Origin: Lama glama
Lineage: Eukaryota
Direction: 5' to 3'
NCBI GenBank assembly: GCA_028534125.1
Contig: CM052816.1
Location: forward strand, 77,068,001 to 77,131,742
Length of the DNA: 63,742 nt
The position numbers and the translations under genes were made by a program. This document shows positions 49,901 through 63,742 of the stretch, piece by piece (position 1 is the first letter of the stretch; every line of letters begins with the position of its first letter). Below the pieces are notes generated by a model. It saw only the letters and a program-made list of their open reading frames with translations, searched no databases and was not told the origin of the DNA.

Positions 49901-52900
49901 CACAGACCGAGCAGTGGCGGCCGTTTCAGGGAACTTTCCCACAGTTGTGGGCTCTGATAATCTGACAGCAAGCAGATGCCCAGGGAATCTGAGAGTCACT
50001 TCTGTTGACTCACAGGAAGACTTGGGAGACCCAAGAAGACCCCTTGGTTCAGGGAATGAGGCGAAGAAGTTGAAAAAAAGGACAAAGAAGGGAGAGATTG
50101 AGACTACTTCTAAACAATCCACAGCCAACCAACTTCACCAGTCCCTCAGTGAGGAATGATTCACTATTACACAAGAACCCATGGATGTAATCACATCCGT
50201 CCCTTTTCTTTCTCAACCAAAGTTCTGGAAAGAGTGATATTTTGGGACTCAGCATCTCTGCTTTCTCATCTTTTCACCATTCCAGTGAAGCAGCCCCTGT
50301 TCTGGTCTCCAGAGTTATCATTAGCACCCAATTCAATAGATTCTTTACATTTTTACATGGTGTTCCTCTGCATCATTTAAATGATGAACCCTTCACTTCT
50401 TCATACTGCCTCTTGTTGTGATTCCTATGATACTAGGTTCTCCTGATTCTCCCTGGCTTCATCTCATTTGCCTCCCTAAACACCTCCTCCTTGGGGTGGT
50501 ATGTTAGATGGGCTCACTCAAGTCTCATGCACCTCTTCTGGGGTTTCAAAGGCTGGAAAGCTGAATAGCTACATGTCCCAAACTCCCTTGCAGCTAGCAT
50601 TCCAGACATGTTTTAGATTTTGCCTATCAGATGGACTCCCATGGAGACCAAGGATATCAAGGAAGCATGGAAATGAATCAGATCAAGGTATTTATTGAAT
50701 TCTTAAGAAAGTCCAAAACTCTAAAGTAGGTTAAGAGTCACTGCTTTACATGGTCTTCCAAGAATATGCATCCTTTCTCAGGTTTTAATTTCCTTGTGTA
50801 TGTAGATGATTTCTGCATTAGTTAGCCACTGATGCAATTATGCTGCATAACAAACTACCACAATGTTCAGTGATTTGCAACAAGAGATTTTATATTTTTT
50901 TGCTCATGGCTCTGATTTTATGTTTTTTTGCTCACAGCTCTGCTTCAAGCTGCTGATCACCCAGGCTTGGGTTCATGCTTCATTTGGGGTCAGATTTGTT
51001 CTCTGTGTCTTCACATTCTCCTTGACATGCAGTTACTCAGGGCATATTCTTCCCATGACCAATCACAGAAACCTATGACAGAAGCCAAACCATATAAGTT
51101 CATTTGAAGCTTACGCTTTCATCATATCTGCTCACATTTTTTGGCCAAAGAGCGATGACTGGTCAAGCCCAAAGTCCATGGGGCAGAGAGGTATAACTGC
51201 CCTCCAGGGGGAGAAGAAAAGGAATTGCTACTTCTCAAAATGAATCAAATCTTTTCCAACTTCCAAGGTAAATATTGAGCTTAGAATATTTCTCTTGGGC
51301 TTCAGATTCTGCCTGTGGGACATCTTTTCTCTGCTGATGGTGCTTCCAAGGCTGCCTGCAAAGATGACCATCATCCCCCAATTGTTTAATAACTGCAGGT
51401 TTGCAAAATAAAATAAGAAAGATTAAAGAGATTGAGTTGACATCCACAGAGAAAAGACATTCTAGTGAGGGACTGGGCACCCATGTGTGTAGATGACTAA
51501 AGATTCCTTTAAATATCTGTAGAAATTTAACATTTAAAGCTTTCAGTGATGTAGCCTGTATCTGATTTTTTTTAGTTTTCTCTCTCACAGTTCCCCTTCT
51601 CAAACCTTCTTCTATGAGAACAGTAACATACCCTACCAGAAAAAAAGAAAGAAAGGTCTTACATGAAAACTGATACATTGCTGGAAAGACCAATTTAATC
51701 TCTTTTACCATTTTAAAGCTATAAAGTCAACAAATAGCCTGAAATAACTTTTGTTATATTACTACATTACAAATGAATCACCCAAATTCAATGTTAAAGT
51801 GTCAACATTTTGATGATTTTTTTCCAAATGCATCTGATTTTTGAGCATTTTTTTCTGAAGAGGTAGATAAGGAAGCACAGAAACCTCCCACTGAACTTTT
51901 CATCAGGGTTTCTGCTAATGTATATAATTGCTTCAGATGAAAAATATGAAACCTCTGAAAAGCTCTTTTTGGACAATCTATTAAAAAAAATAGATGTATT
52001 CCTTCTTACACAATTAACTTCTCCCATATCAGTCTTACCACTTAAGCTGAGTCAGGAAAACATCTGACTCACGGGTGAGAGCAGCCCACGCCTATGAAAT
52101 TGGGAGTCCTGGAGGAGCCCGGTCCCAGGGCTTTCTGTGAGCCAAGGTTAAGATACCTAATATGAAGGCCCCTTAGTCTGCGGCCAAGTTTGATTTTTTT
52201 TATCTTTTCAAGGACTTTATGGGCCACCCATAAGAGGGATGAATTTAATCCAATCCTCTAGGGACTGTGTCTATCAAATCCACCAAAACTCCCCAGCTTC
52301 TTACCTAAGGGATCTAATCTTATTTTTTTTAAAACTTTGTATTGTGGAAAATTTCAAATATATACAAAATTAAAGACAAATGGTATACAAAACCCAGGTA
52401 GTCATCACCCAGCTTAAATAATGACCTCCTCCTGGCCAATCTTACACCATTTCTGTGTCTTGTCACTGTCCTCCATTCCACTGGACAATTTTGAAGCAAA
52501 TCTGAAACATTCTACTATTTTGCGGTAAGTATTTTAGTATCATCTCCAACAGATAAGGATTCCTTAAAAAAAAATCAATGTCAGGATCAATGTTATATAT
52601 TAAATAAGTAATGTATAAATTGCTATTAAGGAGAAAATTGGTTTTTTGGTTAAGACACCATTCACAACTGTTTCAAATAACCACAACAAATCATTTTCCA
52701 TGGGTATCATATGTGTGAACCACAGAGGTGTTGATCTATGAAACCTGGCACTGAACGTATCGCTTCAGCTACGCACTGTAATTGGAACAGTTTGATTCTG
52801 TTTATTTTAAAGAAATTCAAAACAAGAGGTTTCCACATCCTCTCAGCTGCCAGCTTGTTAAGTTTTTCCCATTACTGCTCTTGAATACTTTTCTAGGCAA

Positions 52901-53479
52901 TTATCCATCTCAAGAAAACCACTTTTTCCCCAACATCTTAGTTAAAATGTCCTTTGAGTTTTATGTTTTCCTGCAAATCAGCTTTCTTTTCTACCTGTAT
53001 GTTAAGACACATTTTCACAGTGGTTTTACTAGCTGGCCGTCACACTTTGAGGGCTTTCACTGAAGCATTCGATTGTTGCCTCTCTAACAAGTTTCAAATG
53101 TTTAAACTCCAAGGCATGTAGTACTGGTATCATCAACATTTCCCAAGTGGCTTATTGAAGATGGGGCAGTGGTGGTGGGGTGTGTGTGCATATAGTTGAA
53201 GGGGTTCAGGGTGATAAATAGCACTTCCTTTTGAGCCCCAAGCATCAGTGTCTTGCCCACTAGTTCAAAAAAAAAAAATCATCATTGCAAATTTCCACTG
53301 CCATGATACCTTTTTCTTGTTTTTCTTCAACATTATTTGACCTCTGTAGCAAAGGCCTCTTGGGAATTATGAAGTAGTTGACATGTGCCTTTATAATGAA
53401 GAAATACGTCTTAGTAATGCTTTCTGAATCTGTCTCTGCCTTGCACATTAATGCCATGCCTTTTGCTGTATTTAATTCT

Positions 53480-53845
53480 TGTCTTACTCTGTTTGGACTG
53501 CTGTAAAAAATAACATAGACTAGGTGGCTTGTAAACAACAGGAATTTATTTCTCATGGTTATGGAGGCTGGGAAGTCCAAGATCCAGGTGCTGGCAGATT
53601 CAGTGTCTGGTGAGGGTCAGTTCTTGGTTTATAGACAGCTGTCTCACCATCATAAACACATGTGGCAGAAGGGGCAAGGGAACCCTCTGGGTCCTCTTTG
53701 ACAAGGGCACTAATGCCATTCATTAAGGTCTCCACCCTCATGACCTAAGCACCTCCTAAAAGCCCCACCTCTAAATACCATCAGATTAGGAGTTAAGTTT
53801 CAACCAGTGAATTTGGGGAGGGACACAGACATTCAGTCTATAGCA
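53480..53845 (-). mobile_element. MaLR solo LTR (MLT1A/B-like)
   Basis: tgtctta...aatttatttctcatggttatggaggctgggaagtccaagatc...attcagtctatagca. Confidence 0.82.
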
Positions 53846-54259
53846 TTCCTATTCCATCAACACCCTCTAACTTGCTTTCCAAAAATTAAAGTTAAATATT
53901 TGATATGCCAGTTGTGCTGTGATAGTGGTTTAATAGGTTGCCTATCTTGGAAATAACCATCCCAACAGATTACTTCTGAGGTCAAAACACCCTGATGCAA
54001 AATACTAAGAATGATAAGAATACCATGTTTTTATGCTCTGGAAAAGAACAGAGTTAATATTAATATTTTTAAATGATAAAAAAGACTTACTTTAGCCTTA
54101 TCCTAAGCAATAATATATATGAAACCACCAGTTTATGTACTAACCATATTTTAATACACATTAACATAAACACATAACAATTAAAATTTTTTTTAAAAAA
54201 ATGCATCTTTTTTTCCCCCTTCCTCTTTCCTTCCCGAACAATTCAGTCCCATAGTGATT

Positions 54260-55995
54260 AGATGGGACAGAACAAGGTAGAATCCGTGGTTAGAGAGTGC
54301 AAGGGAGACCAAGAGTGGAACATTAGAGTCCAAGCAGAGCAGTGTGAAGAAGGTGTTCATATGAAGGCTGGAGTAGGAGAGTCAGAGCCAGAGTGGGGTG
54401 AGAAGGGCATCCCCAGAGAGGGTGGTGGGATGTGTGGTGTGAGAGCTCCAACAGGGGGGAGAGGTGTTCTTGCTGAGGTCAGCATAGCACAGAGAGTCAG
54501 AGCCCAAGCAGAGTGGGTTGAGTGTCTGTTCTAAGGGACAGTCTTGGTCTTGCATGGAGAGTCAGACTCCGATCAGGGTGAGGAAGGTGTCCATGTGTGG
54601 AGTGGCTGTGGAGGGGTTCTTCTGCCTGTGTGGGGAGTCAGAGACTAAGCATTCATGAGGAGGGCATTCACATGGTGGGGAGGAGGAGGGTGTGGTTGTC
54701 AGAGCCCAAGCAGGATCAGTAGAACATCCATACCAGAGAAAGGGTGGTGGCAGAAATGAGAGATCAGTTATATACATGGATTAAATAAGGAAGTTAAGGA
54801 TGGTAGAGACCATGTTTCTCACAGTGGAAGGAGCAATTAAAAATCTGGAAAGGGAACAAACTAGAATGAACCCTATGATGTTGAGCCAGAAATGAATGTA
54901 TCAATGTGAACTCATGGTTTTCTATATATATAAATAGACATTCAATATATTGATAGATAGATATTCTCTGGCTCTGACCACTCAGAGGGCCCAGGAGCAT
55001 GGATACCCCAATAGCAATGAGCACACCTAGTGCTTAGATCTTGGCTTCAAAACACCATTTTCCACTAAATGGAACCAGGACTCTTTGAAGAAATAACTAA
55101 TCCCATAGTGGTGGAGGGAGAGTAAAAGGTAAACCTGGGACACTTTGTACCAAAAAGTTAGAAAACACTTAAAGAATGATAGGGCCACAGGCTTGGGTAG
55201 GCTCCCATTGACCAAATCAGGGATAATTTGAAAAATAAAATAAATAATAATAGCTTCAATTATAAATCACAGAATAAAAATTTTTAAATGAGTGTAAATA
55301 AATAAATGAATAGACTAAAAGTTTGGTAGGGAATGGTATATTTACACATTTTCAAAATACCTTTCTAGAAAATACTTAAATTAATTACAAATGAGAAAAT
55401 TGTAATTATACAGTAGAGGACCCTGGCAGACACCAGGACTGGGACAAATGGAAATTGTGTGTCTATCTCATTGGTAGGATTCCATGAGAAGAACACAGTA
55501 TTACCTCTGTGATAGTCCTGACAAAGATGCAGAATCTGAACCTAAAAATGAGAAAACATCCGGAAAACCCAAACTAAAGGCTATTCTGGAAAATAACTGA
55601 CCTGTAACCTTCAAAACTGTCAAGTTTGTAAAATCAAAGATTGAGGAACTATTGCAGATATAAGGAAGACTAAAAAGACATGACAAATGCAAATGCACAA
55701 GATTCTGAACTGGATCCTTTTGCTAGAAAGGTCATTGTTGGGACTATTAGTGAAATGTGAGTAGGGACTGAGGATTCTATGGTAATAACATACTAATCTC
55801 AATATTCTGATTTTGGTGGTTGTATTTATTTACACAGGAAAATGTCCTTTCTCTGTAGAAAACATAGCAAAGAATTTGGTGGTTATGGGGCTTTGGGTTG
55901 GCCACAGACTCTCAGATGGTTCAGGAAACAAATATTCTTCCTTCTATACCAGCAACTTTTCTGTAAGCTTGTGAATGTTTCAAAAATTTAAAAAA
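54260..55995 (+). mobile_element. LINE-1 L1MC-type 3' UTR, including an internal degenerate tandem array
   Basis: Repeated gtcagagcccaagcag units at 54.3-54.7 kb, then typical L1MC 3' UTR ending caacttttctgtaagcttgtgaatgtttcaaaa. Confidence 0.7.
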
Positions 55996-57168
55996 TTCAG
56001 AACATCAAAAATCCCTGTCTCACCTGAAATTGCATTGTGCACCATCGGTGGCTTGTGGACAGTCCTTTGGTGAACACTGGCCTGGATGGGCTCTGAGGTC
56101 CTGCCCAGCCACAGAGTCTTACTGTCTCTCCACATCCCTGCTTGCGTCCACTTCCCCGATTCCGTGGAGCAGAGTGGGGACAGTTAGAGCTGGGGAGAAG
56201 GGAGAAGAGTGACAATCACACTACCCTGGGGGGCTTTTAGCTACACAGACAGTGTCTATCTAGGGTTCTGACCCCCGAGACCCCCTACTTCAGTAAACCA
56301 GTGCTGTTTCTGGGAGTGTATCCTGTCGTTGGGGTATCTTGAGGCAGAAACAAGGTTTAGAGTTACCCTCCTAGGGCTTTCTCAGAGGGCCTTCTGGAGA
56401 CCACGGCACACTTTGCAGTCCTACTGGGGCAAGAGAGGGCAGGAGAGGGCAAGCTCCAACAGGTTGCCCAGAAGGCAAGGTGACCTTCTAGGGCAGGACC
56501 AGCCTTACTATCTCATGCCTGAAGCACAAGGCAGAGGCAGAGGCAGGCGGAGAGAACCGTGTATTGGCGGCAGGAGGGGGTGCCGGTGACGCAAGCAGAT
56601 GCAATTGGGTGCAGGGCTCACATCTGACCCTATCTAGGTCCTGTTTGACTGGCACCTTTGGCATTATTCAAGTGCTTTCCAGAAGAGATGGGTTCTCACG
56701 TCTTCCTAGGAGATGAGAGTCCGTACCTGCAGTCTCAGCTGTTCACAAAGCCAGGAAACAGCCACGTCAGAGGTGGCTCTCAGACAGCAGGCTGGCCAGA
56801 GTGCTCCAGCAGCATGCTCGTGCTGGGCACCTGTCCATGTTGTGCACACCTCCGCGTACTCCACACCATCCCGCCCCCAGATAAATAACTTTCCTCCAAA
56901 CATGTCTTCAGTTTTCATGTCTGTGCAGTGGGAACTCTGCTGGATTTAAAACCTGCTTTATCACTAAGCATGTCCCAACGTTTCCAGCCTTCATGTGTAA
57001 AATAAACATACATATGTGTATATATATGATATATTTGGATATATATATATATATATAAAATGTGCTTTTTTTATGTGTATTTATTCTAATATGAAAACTT
57101 TTATTTTGGCATTTTTTTAGCCTTTCATGCTTTTTATAGGATTACCAAGGCTCTATTTCAGGGAGAAT

Positions 57169-57779
57169 TTTTTTTTTAACTTTTATCTTTTTGTTTTTGT
57201 TTTTTTTTAAACTTTTTTTTATTGAGTTATAGTCATTTTACAATGTTGTGTCAAATTCCAGTATAGAGCACAATTTTTCAGTTATACATGAACATAGATA
57301 TATATTCATTTCACATTTTTTTTTGTGGTGAACTACCACAAGATCTTGTATATATTTCCCAGTGCTATACGGTATAATCTTGTTTATCTATTCTACATAT
57401 GCCTGTCAGTATCTACAAATTTTGAACTCTCAGTCTGTCCCTTCTANNNNNNNNNNNNNNNNNNNNNNNNNNNNNNNNNNNNNNNNNNNNNNNNNNNNNN
57501 NNNNNNNNNNNNNNNNNNNNNNNNNNNNNNNNNNNNNNNNNNNNNNGTCATTTTTATGGCTGGATAGTATTCCATTGTATAAATATACCACCTCTTCTTT
57601 ATCCAGTCACCTATTGATGGACATTTAGGCTGTTTCCATGTTTTGGCTATTGTAAACAGTGCTGCTATGAACATTGGGGTGCAGGTATCTTTTTGAAGTA
57701 GGGTTCCTTCTGGATATATGCCCAGGAGCGGGATTCCTGGGTCATATGGTAAGTCTATTCCTAGTCTTTTAAGGAATCT
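57169..57779 (-). mobile_element. Young 5'-truncated LINE-1 with perfect 15-bp TSD; contains an assembly gap
   Basis: TSD tatttcagggagaat at 57154-57168 and 57780-57794; poly-T tail; ORF2 C-terminus MFIAALFTIAKTWKQPKCPS. Confidence 0.93.
57447..57546. other. Assembly gap (about 100 N)
   Basis: Run of N. Confidence 0.97.
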
Positions 57780-60454
57780 TATTTCAGGGAGAATCTTTAA
57801 TTCTTCACTAATATTTCTAATAATGAGGTATAGATTTTTTTGAGAAATGAAAATATTTGAAACTCAATATCTAAACTTAAACCACTAAGTATAAGCAAAC
57901 TTGACTTTAAAAAATAATTCGTTTCTCATATCTAAACTTAATTGGTACTGGCTATGGAGCGTGAATACATTTCTAATCCTGAGGGCATGTTTAATCTGTG
58001 AATAGAGTCTCTATTCAGAATTCATTTTACGTGGATATCTAAGCAGATAGAGAAACAATAAAAGGAAGATACTGCTTTACCGAAGTTATTAGCTTAAAGA
58101 AGGAGGAGGCATTTGATCTACCACCTTCCCAAATCAACCAAGTGCAAAGGTAAATAAACTCTTTTTCAGACGAGCAAGTTCTCCAAAAATTACCTCCCAT
58201 GAACTTACTGAAGAGTGTGTTGCACCAAAACAAGAAAGAAAAATCAGTAAAGAGGAAAACAAGAGATCCATTCCAAGAGAGATATAAAGGAAATTCCCAA
58301 AGTGGTAGGAAAGAGAGATTCCAAGAAAATAGTGAGAAGGGGGGTCCTAGAAATCAACACAACCAGAGAATTGCAGGCCAGAAGGCTCTTGAAGAGACAT
58401 CTTCAAGAAGATGAAATTGAGGGAGTACTTAATTTGTTTGAATAAATCAAGAGGAGATTTACAGGAAGAGTACTTAGAAATAAATTAGTAATAAATACAT
58501 AGAAAAATAAGCAAGTGGAAAAGCAAGACATTAACTTTAGGGACAGAGAAATGTGAGAGGAAAAAAGTAATCACATTATATTACGTTGGTGAACTTTATC
58601 ATTTATGTATAGTCATAGCAATATATTTACTGAGTTTTGATTCTAACTTTACTGGGACCTTGAGTGGATGGGAAGTGACTCTGTATGTTTGTGTGTGTAC
58701 ATGTATGTGTGTGTGTGTGTTTAAAAGCAACATCTTCAGTCTCCACCGAGGAAAGTTGATGGATAATGTCTGAAGCAGACATTGCTGTCAAAAGATAGCA
58801 ACATAAGCATTTTTTTCAGAGATATGCAAAGAATATATCAAAGGAGTTGAAAATAATTGCCTCTTGGAAAATAGAAATGAGAGAGAAGGGAGGAGGCTGT
58901 TGCTTCCTAAGATCAAGGGAGCTCTTTGAGTTGAGTTCTCTGGAACTCATTTATTGAGAAGTGCTCTTGGGATCAGCGCTGGCAGAAGAGACCTGGGTGA
59001 AGAGCAAAGAAGCTGGGTTCTGACAGGTCAGCTCCCTCGGGGACAGGGCAAGATGGAGGGTGGATCTGGACAGCAAAGCCGGAGCTCCACACACAGCATG
59101 TTCATACTCATTTCATGGAGAAAAGGGCCTTCAGCTCTTTTAACTTTGCTTTAAAAAAGAATGATATATTATTGTCCTGTATATGCTTAAATTTGGTGGT
59201 GGTTCTGCACTCAAGTAGCTTGCCCATAGAAACCTCCCCTTTCTCCCTCAAAAAAGGTCTATGAAAAAGACTTCACATAAAAAAGGTCTGAGCATTCTTG
59301 CAGTGGCAGGAGCTGGGAATTAACTGTGTTATATCCAGTCTTTCCCAGAGTTATTTGTCCACGGCAGTCAAGTCACATAATAATATCCTAAGGAATACAC
59401 TTTAATAAACTTATTTAACTGGTTGGGCTTTCTTCAGGAATGCAACCTCCAGTTACAGCATTGCATTGTTCTTAGAAGGAAATATGACACCTTTATGAGA
59501 CGATTCCAAGTACTGATTGATCTTGGCCCAAAACAGTGTCTGTCTATGCATGCCTGGTTTAGTGCTGAAAATGGAAACAAAACAAAGCGGAACAAAACAA
59601 AACATACCTAACTAGAAAGAGGAGAACCAAGGGAAGGAAGAAGGGAGGGGGTGGAGGCTGTTTCGAATCAGGTTTGAAAGATGCATTGAGCATCAGGGGT
59701 ATTACAGGAGCCCAGATGGCAAACAGCTTTGTTTGTTTTTACATAAAAAGTCATAGAGTAGGGGATGACTTCATCCCCAGAAGGCTGGATAGAGGAAAAG
59801 GAGGTGCATTAAAGAACAGGTGGGGTAGACTGCAGGAGAGGCAGGTGACTAGATGAGGGTTCAGTGGGACTGGAGCATTTGGTTTCAACCTAAACTGGCT
59901 GTGCCTGTCGCCACCAGACAACAGGAGTCTGAGATCAGCCAGGGACTCCGCTTCCAGGGCAGCCAGCCAGCCTGGGGTAAAGGGATGAAAACTGTAAGGG
60001 ATGACCCGGTAACACCTAAGGCTGTCAGTCAAGATCAAATGACTCTCAGTATACCTGTCATTTCTCCATCTGTGTTTAATTTAGCTGATAACTTCCCTCA
60101 TGCTGGGCTAACCTCATCCTCTGAAACAAGGACTGTGGTAAGTTGCCACCTGTTGCAGGGGCCTGAGGTCAAGTGGGAGGGGCAGGTTGGAGAGGACAAG
60201 TTAATTGCCCAATTCTAAGATGGCTCTCTAAAGAGAAGAAAAAGGCACGCGCATCTTTCCCCTTGATCTCTTGGGGGTGGGGAGTGAGAGAGATGAGTTG
60301 GGGTGAACAATTCAGCAAGCCCAGGGACATTTCACCGCATGGGCCAGGGATCGGTGGTGGGCATCACCTTTATGCGTACTAAGCATTTTTCCCTTCTGAA
60401 GTCAAGTTTTTAAAATATTTTAAATAGATGCAAAAGAACATTTTAAAAAAATGT

Positions 60455-60855
60455 ATAGGGTGGCAAAATTATAAGGATGAAAACAGACAAGTGGTTGCCA
60501 GGGGTTAATGTTGGGGGGAGGTTGCGACCTATCAAGTTTCTTGGCGGTGATGGAACAGTTCTGTATCTTGATCGTGGTGGTAATCACACGAAACTATACG
60601 TGGGATAAAACTTCATAGAAGTATACATGTGCACACACATAGACACAAATAGTACATGTAAAAGCCAGTGAGATCCGATCAAGTTCTGCAGTTTAGTCCA
60701 TGGTGTTGTGCCATGGTCAGTTTCCTGGTTTTGATCGTTGAACTGTGCTTATGTGAGATGATATCATTGGGGGAAGCTGGATGAAGAAACTCACTGTGTT
60801 CTTTTTGAAATTTCTATGTCATTGTGAAATAATTTTACAAGAGAAAGCTTAAAAA
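60455..60855 (+). mobile_element. Old LINE-1 3' UTR fragment (L1MC/MD-like)
   Basis: gtggttgccagggg...ggtgatggaacagttctgtatcttgat...cattgggggaagctgg motifs. Confidence 0.72.
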
Positions 60856-61580
60856 TTTGCGGGAGTTTAAATAATACCAACTCAACAGGATGGTGGGACC
60901 AACCACCCACTTTAGAAAAGAGAGCATTACCATTATTTTGGAAACCTTCAAAGCACTCCTTTTAGACCCCTTCCCTTTCCCCATCCCCCACCCCTATTAG
61001 AGGTAACCAGTGCCTGGAATTTTATATTCATCATCCCTTTGCTTTTCTTTATAGTTTTACCTCATTTATTTAAATCCCCAAAGAATATGTTGTTTAGTTT
61101 TGCGTGTTCTTGAATGTTGTATAAATGAAATCATTCTGCGTGTTCTTCTACTAGCTTTATTACTCAGTGTTTCCTTTCTGAATTCCATCAGTGCTGAGTG
61201 TAGCTTTTTGATTTGTTCATTGATGTATTCATCGTGGAAACTCCATGATTTATTTACCCGTTCTATTGTTTATTAACATTTGGTCTGGTTTCAGTTTTTG
61301 TGTTTTTTTTTCCCGATTACAGACAGACAGAGCTGCAATAAACATTCTTCTACATGTCTCCTAGTCCATGGTGCAAGAATTTCTCTAGGGTCTCTACCTT
61401 AGGGTGGAATTGCCGAGTCAGAGAGTTCAGCTGCTTTTCTGATTTACTAGATGATGCCAAATTATTTTCCAAAGTGATGTAGCTATTGTTGTGTATTTTC
61501 AGTAGCACTGGGTATTGTCAAGATTCTTACTTCTTATATGTACAGTAATTATAAAATGGTGTCTGATCATTGTGTTTTTT

Positions 61581-61705
61581 AAAAAAAATGTTGGGGGGAG
61601 GTATTAGGTTGGTTGGTTTGTTTGTTTATGGAGGTACTGGGGATTGAATCCAGGACCTCGTGCATGCTAAGCATGCGCTCTACCACTGAGCTATACCCAT
61701 CCGTC
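61581..61705 (-). mobile_element. tRNA-derived SINE (Vic-1-like)
   Basis: Reverse complement of the SINE at 17119 (ctaccactgagctatac, gggattgaatcc); flanked by a cattgtg..tttt duplication. Confidence 0.85.
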
Positions 61706-62119
61706 CCACCATTGTGGTTTTAATTTGTGGTTTTTTTCCTAACTGCTAATATGATTGTCCATTTTCCATTTATTTTTGTACGTTTCTTTTTCTTCTTCTG
61801 TGAAATACATGTTTAATACTTTTGCACATTTGTCAGTTAGGTTGTTTGTCTTTTTCTTGTTGATTTATGGTAGTTCTTTATGTGTTCTGGAGATTAAAAC
61901 TTTATGTTGTAAATACCTTCTTCTAGTTTCTGACTTACCTTTTTACTTTTATTAAGGTGCCTTTAAAGGAACATAAACTCTCAATTTTAATATAATTGAT
62001 CTCATTTTAAGAATCATTTCATTTAGCACATATTTTTATGGCGTATATTTTTCAAAGAAATCTTTATAAACCAAAAAAAATCGCAAAATTATTCCCCTAT
62101 ACTGATCTTTAATAAACTA

Positions 62120-62250
62120 GTTTGTATTGTTTGTTTTCTGAGAGGGAGGTAATTAGGTTTCTTCATTGATTTCCACTTGGAGGAGGTACTGGGGATTGAA
62201 CCTGGGACTTCTTGGGTGCTGAGCGTGCACTCTACCCCTTGAGCTACCTG
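62120..62250 (-). mobile_element. tRNA-derived SINE (Vic-1-like, older, 5' truncated)
   Basis: Same ggaggtactggggattgaa core; ttaataaa on both flanks. Confidence 0.75.
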
Positions 62251-63119
62251 TTAATAAATTTGTAATTCTAGTTTTATATTTAAGTTTTTAATACACCAGA
62301 AGTTGGCTTTTATGTGTGATATGAAGGGTTGAATTTTATGTTTGAAATATGGGTAATTTGTTTTCCCCATACCTATATCTTTAAAAAAATTATATTTCCC
62401 CTGATTCTCTGCAATGTCAGCTCTAGAAAAAACCAGTCAGATCTCTAGGCACATATCAACCTAATTCTGGGCTCTATATGCTGCTGCACTGGTCCATCTC
62501 TGTTTCCCACACTATCTTATTACCTTAGCTCTAGAATAATTTTAGTGTCTGGGAGATAAGTTCTCTTATATGATTCTTCTTTGTGAGTGTCTTGTCTGTT
62601 CTTGGTCCCTTGCTCTTTCGTGTACATTTTGGAATCAGCTTGCCAAGTGTCTCCAAATCTCAGGGGAATTTTTATTGGAATAATACTGACTTGACAAAGT
62701 CACATATCTTCAAGGGTTTGTGCACTTGAAGAGTGCACTTGGCCACAGTTTGCAGCCAAATAGATCATTTGTACAGCGTAACACTTCATTAGATCACTGG
62801 GGCATATCAGAGGCTGGGAGTTGGCTCCATACAGAGGTACGAGAAACCAGTGGTTTTCCCCCACCTCCAATGTGTATCACTATCTGATAACAACGTGGAA
62901 GAAGATCCTGTGCTTGCATTGCCACAGATAGAGTTCTCACTAAAAAATAGCTGCTCCCTTAAGTCAGAAGATCTCATGGGTTGCAATCACTGTTAGATGT
63001 GTGAGTCCATCCCGGTAAACCAATGAAGACTGGATTTCTGGGTGTGTCTAACACAAAACATTGCAACTAGACCTGGAAACAAATGCTATATAATATGGGA
63101 GTCAAAAAAGCCTTTTACT

Positions 63120-63742
63120 TCTTTTTTTTTTAACATTTTTTTTCATTCAGTTATAATCATTTTACAATGTTGTGTCAAATTCCACTGTAGAGCACGATTT
63201 TTCAGTTATGCATGAACATACGTATATTCATTGTCACTTTTTTTTTTCACTGTGAGCTGCCATAAGATCTTGTATATATTTCCCTGTGCTATACCGTATA
63301 ATCTTGTTTATCTATTCTATATATACCTCTCAGTATCTACAAATTTTTGAAATCCTCTGCCCCTTCCCACCCCCTGCCCTCTTAGCAACCACAAGTTTGT
63401 ATTCTATGCCTATGAGTCTGTTTCTGTTTTATATTTATATTCTTTTTTTTTTTTTAGATTCCACATGTGAGCAATCTCATATGGTATTTTTCTTTCTCTT
63501 TCTGGCTTACTTCACTTAGAATGGCATTCTCCAGGAACATACATGTTGCTGCAAATGGCATTATGTTGTCGGGTTTTATGGCTGAGTAGTATTCCATTGT
63601 ATAAATATACCACCTCTTCTTTATCCAGTCATCTGTCGATGGGCATTTAGGCTGTTTCCATGTCTTGGCTATTGTAAACAGTGCTGCTATGAACATTGGG
63701 GTGCAGGTGTCATTTTGAAGTAGGGTTCCTTCTGGATATATG
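63120..63742 (-). mobile_element. Young LINE-1 3' end, continuing past the window edge
   Basis: ORF 63454..63696 is the L1 ORF2 C-terminus; highly similar to the 57.2-57.8 kb copy. Confidence 0.93.

Noticed and set aside
54290..54735. Semi-regular repeats (gtcagagcccaagcag-like units every 50-60 bp) superficially like a CRISPR array
   Set aside because: Units are highly degenerate, the spacers resemble each other, there are no cas genes, the context is mammalian, and the array is continuous with an L1MC-type 3' UTR.
38100..63742. A second protein-coding gene or novel multi-gene system upstream of OSMR
   Set aside because: Only short ORFs without domains or coherent splice structure; the region is dominated by L1, L2, MIR, MaLR and SINE remnants.

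Overview
This is a mammalian genomic window, probably camelid given its tRNA-derived Vic-1-like SINEs. It holds the 5' half of OSMR (oncostatin-M receptor beta, IL-6/gp130 family) on the minus strand. I located a non-coding exon 1 in a CpG island at about 37.1-38.0 kb, with a STAT/AP-1/C-EBP promoter cluster. Coding exons 2-9 (23652 down to 958; 1273 nt, about 424 codons) all have GT-AG boundaries and consistent phases, and the gene continues beyond the left edge. About 26 kb upstream of the gene is repeat-rich sequence with no credible protein-coding gene. Intron 2 carries a complete but non-coding ERV1-type provirus in the same orientation as OSMR (two LTRs, tRNA-Arg PBS, PPT, nested SINE). 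The most notable observations are loss of the second WSxWS motif (WSGSI), a frameshifted intron-7 read-through tail resembling soluble OSMR (GETRVS*), and complementary retention of promoter versus poly(A) signals in the two LTRs. Almost all entries in the ORF track are spurious. I found no prokaryotic-type or otherwise novel multi-gene system. Human and mouse comparisons and repeat family names are from recall, not from searches.
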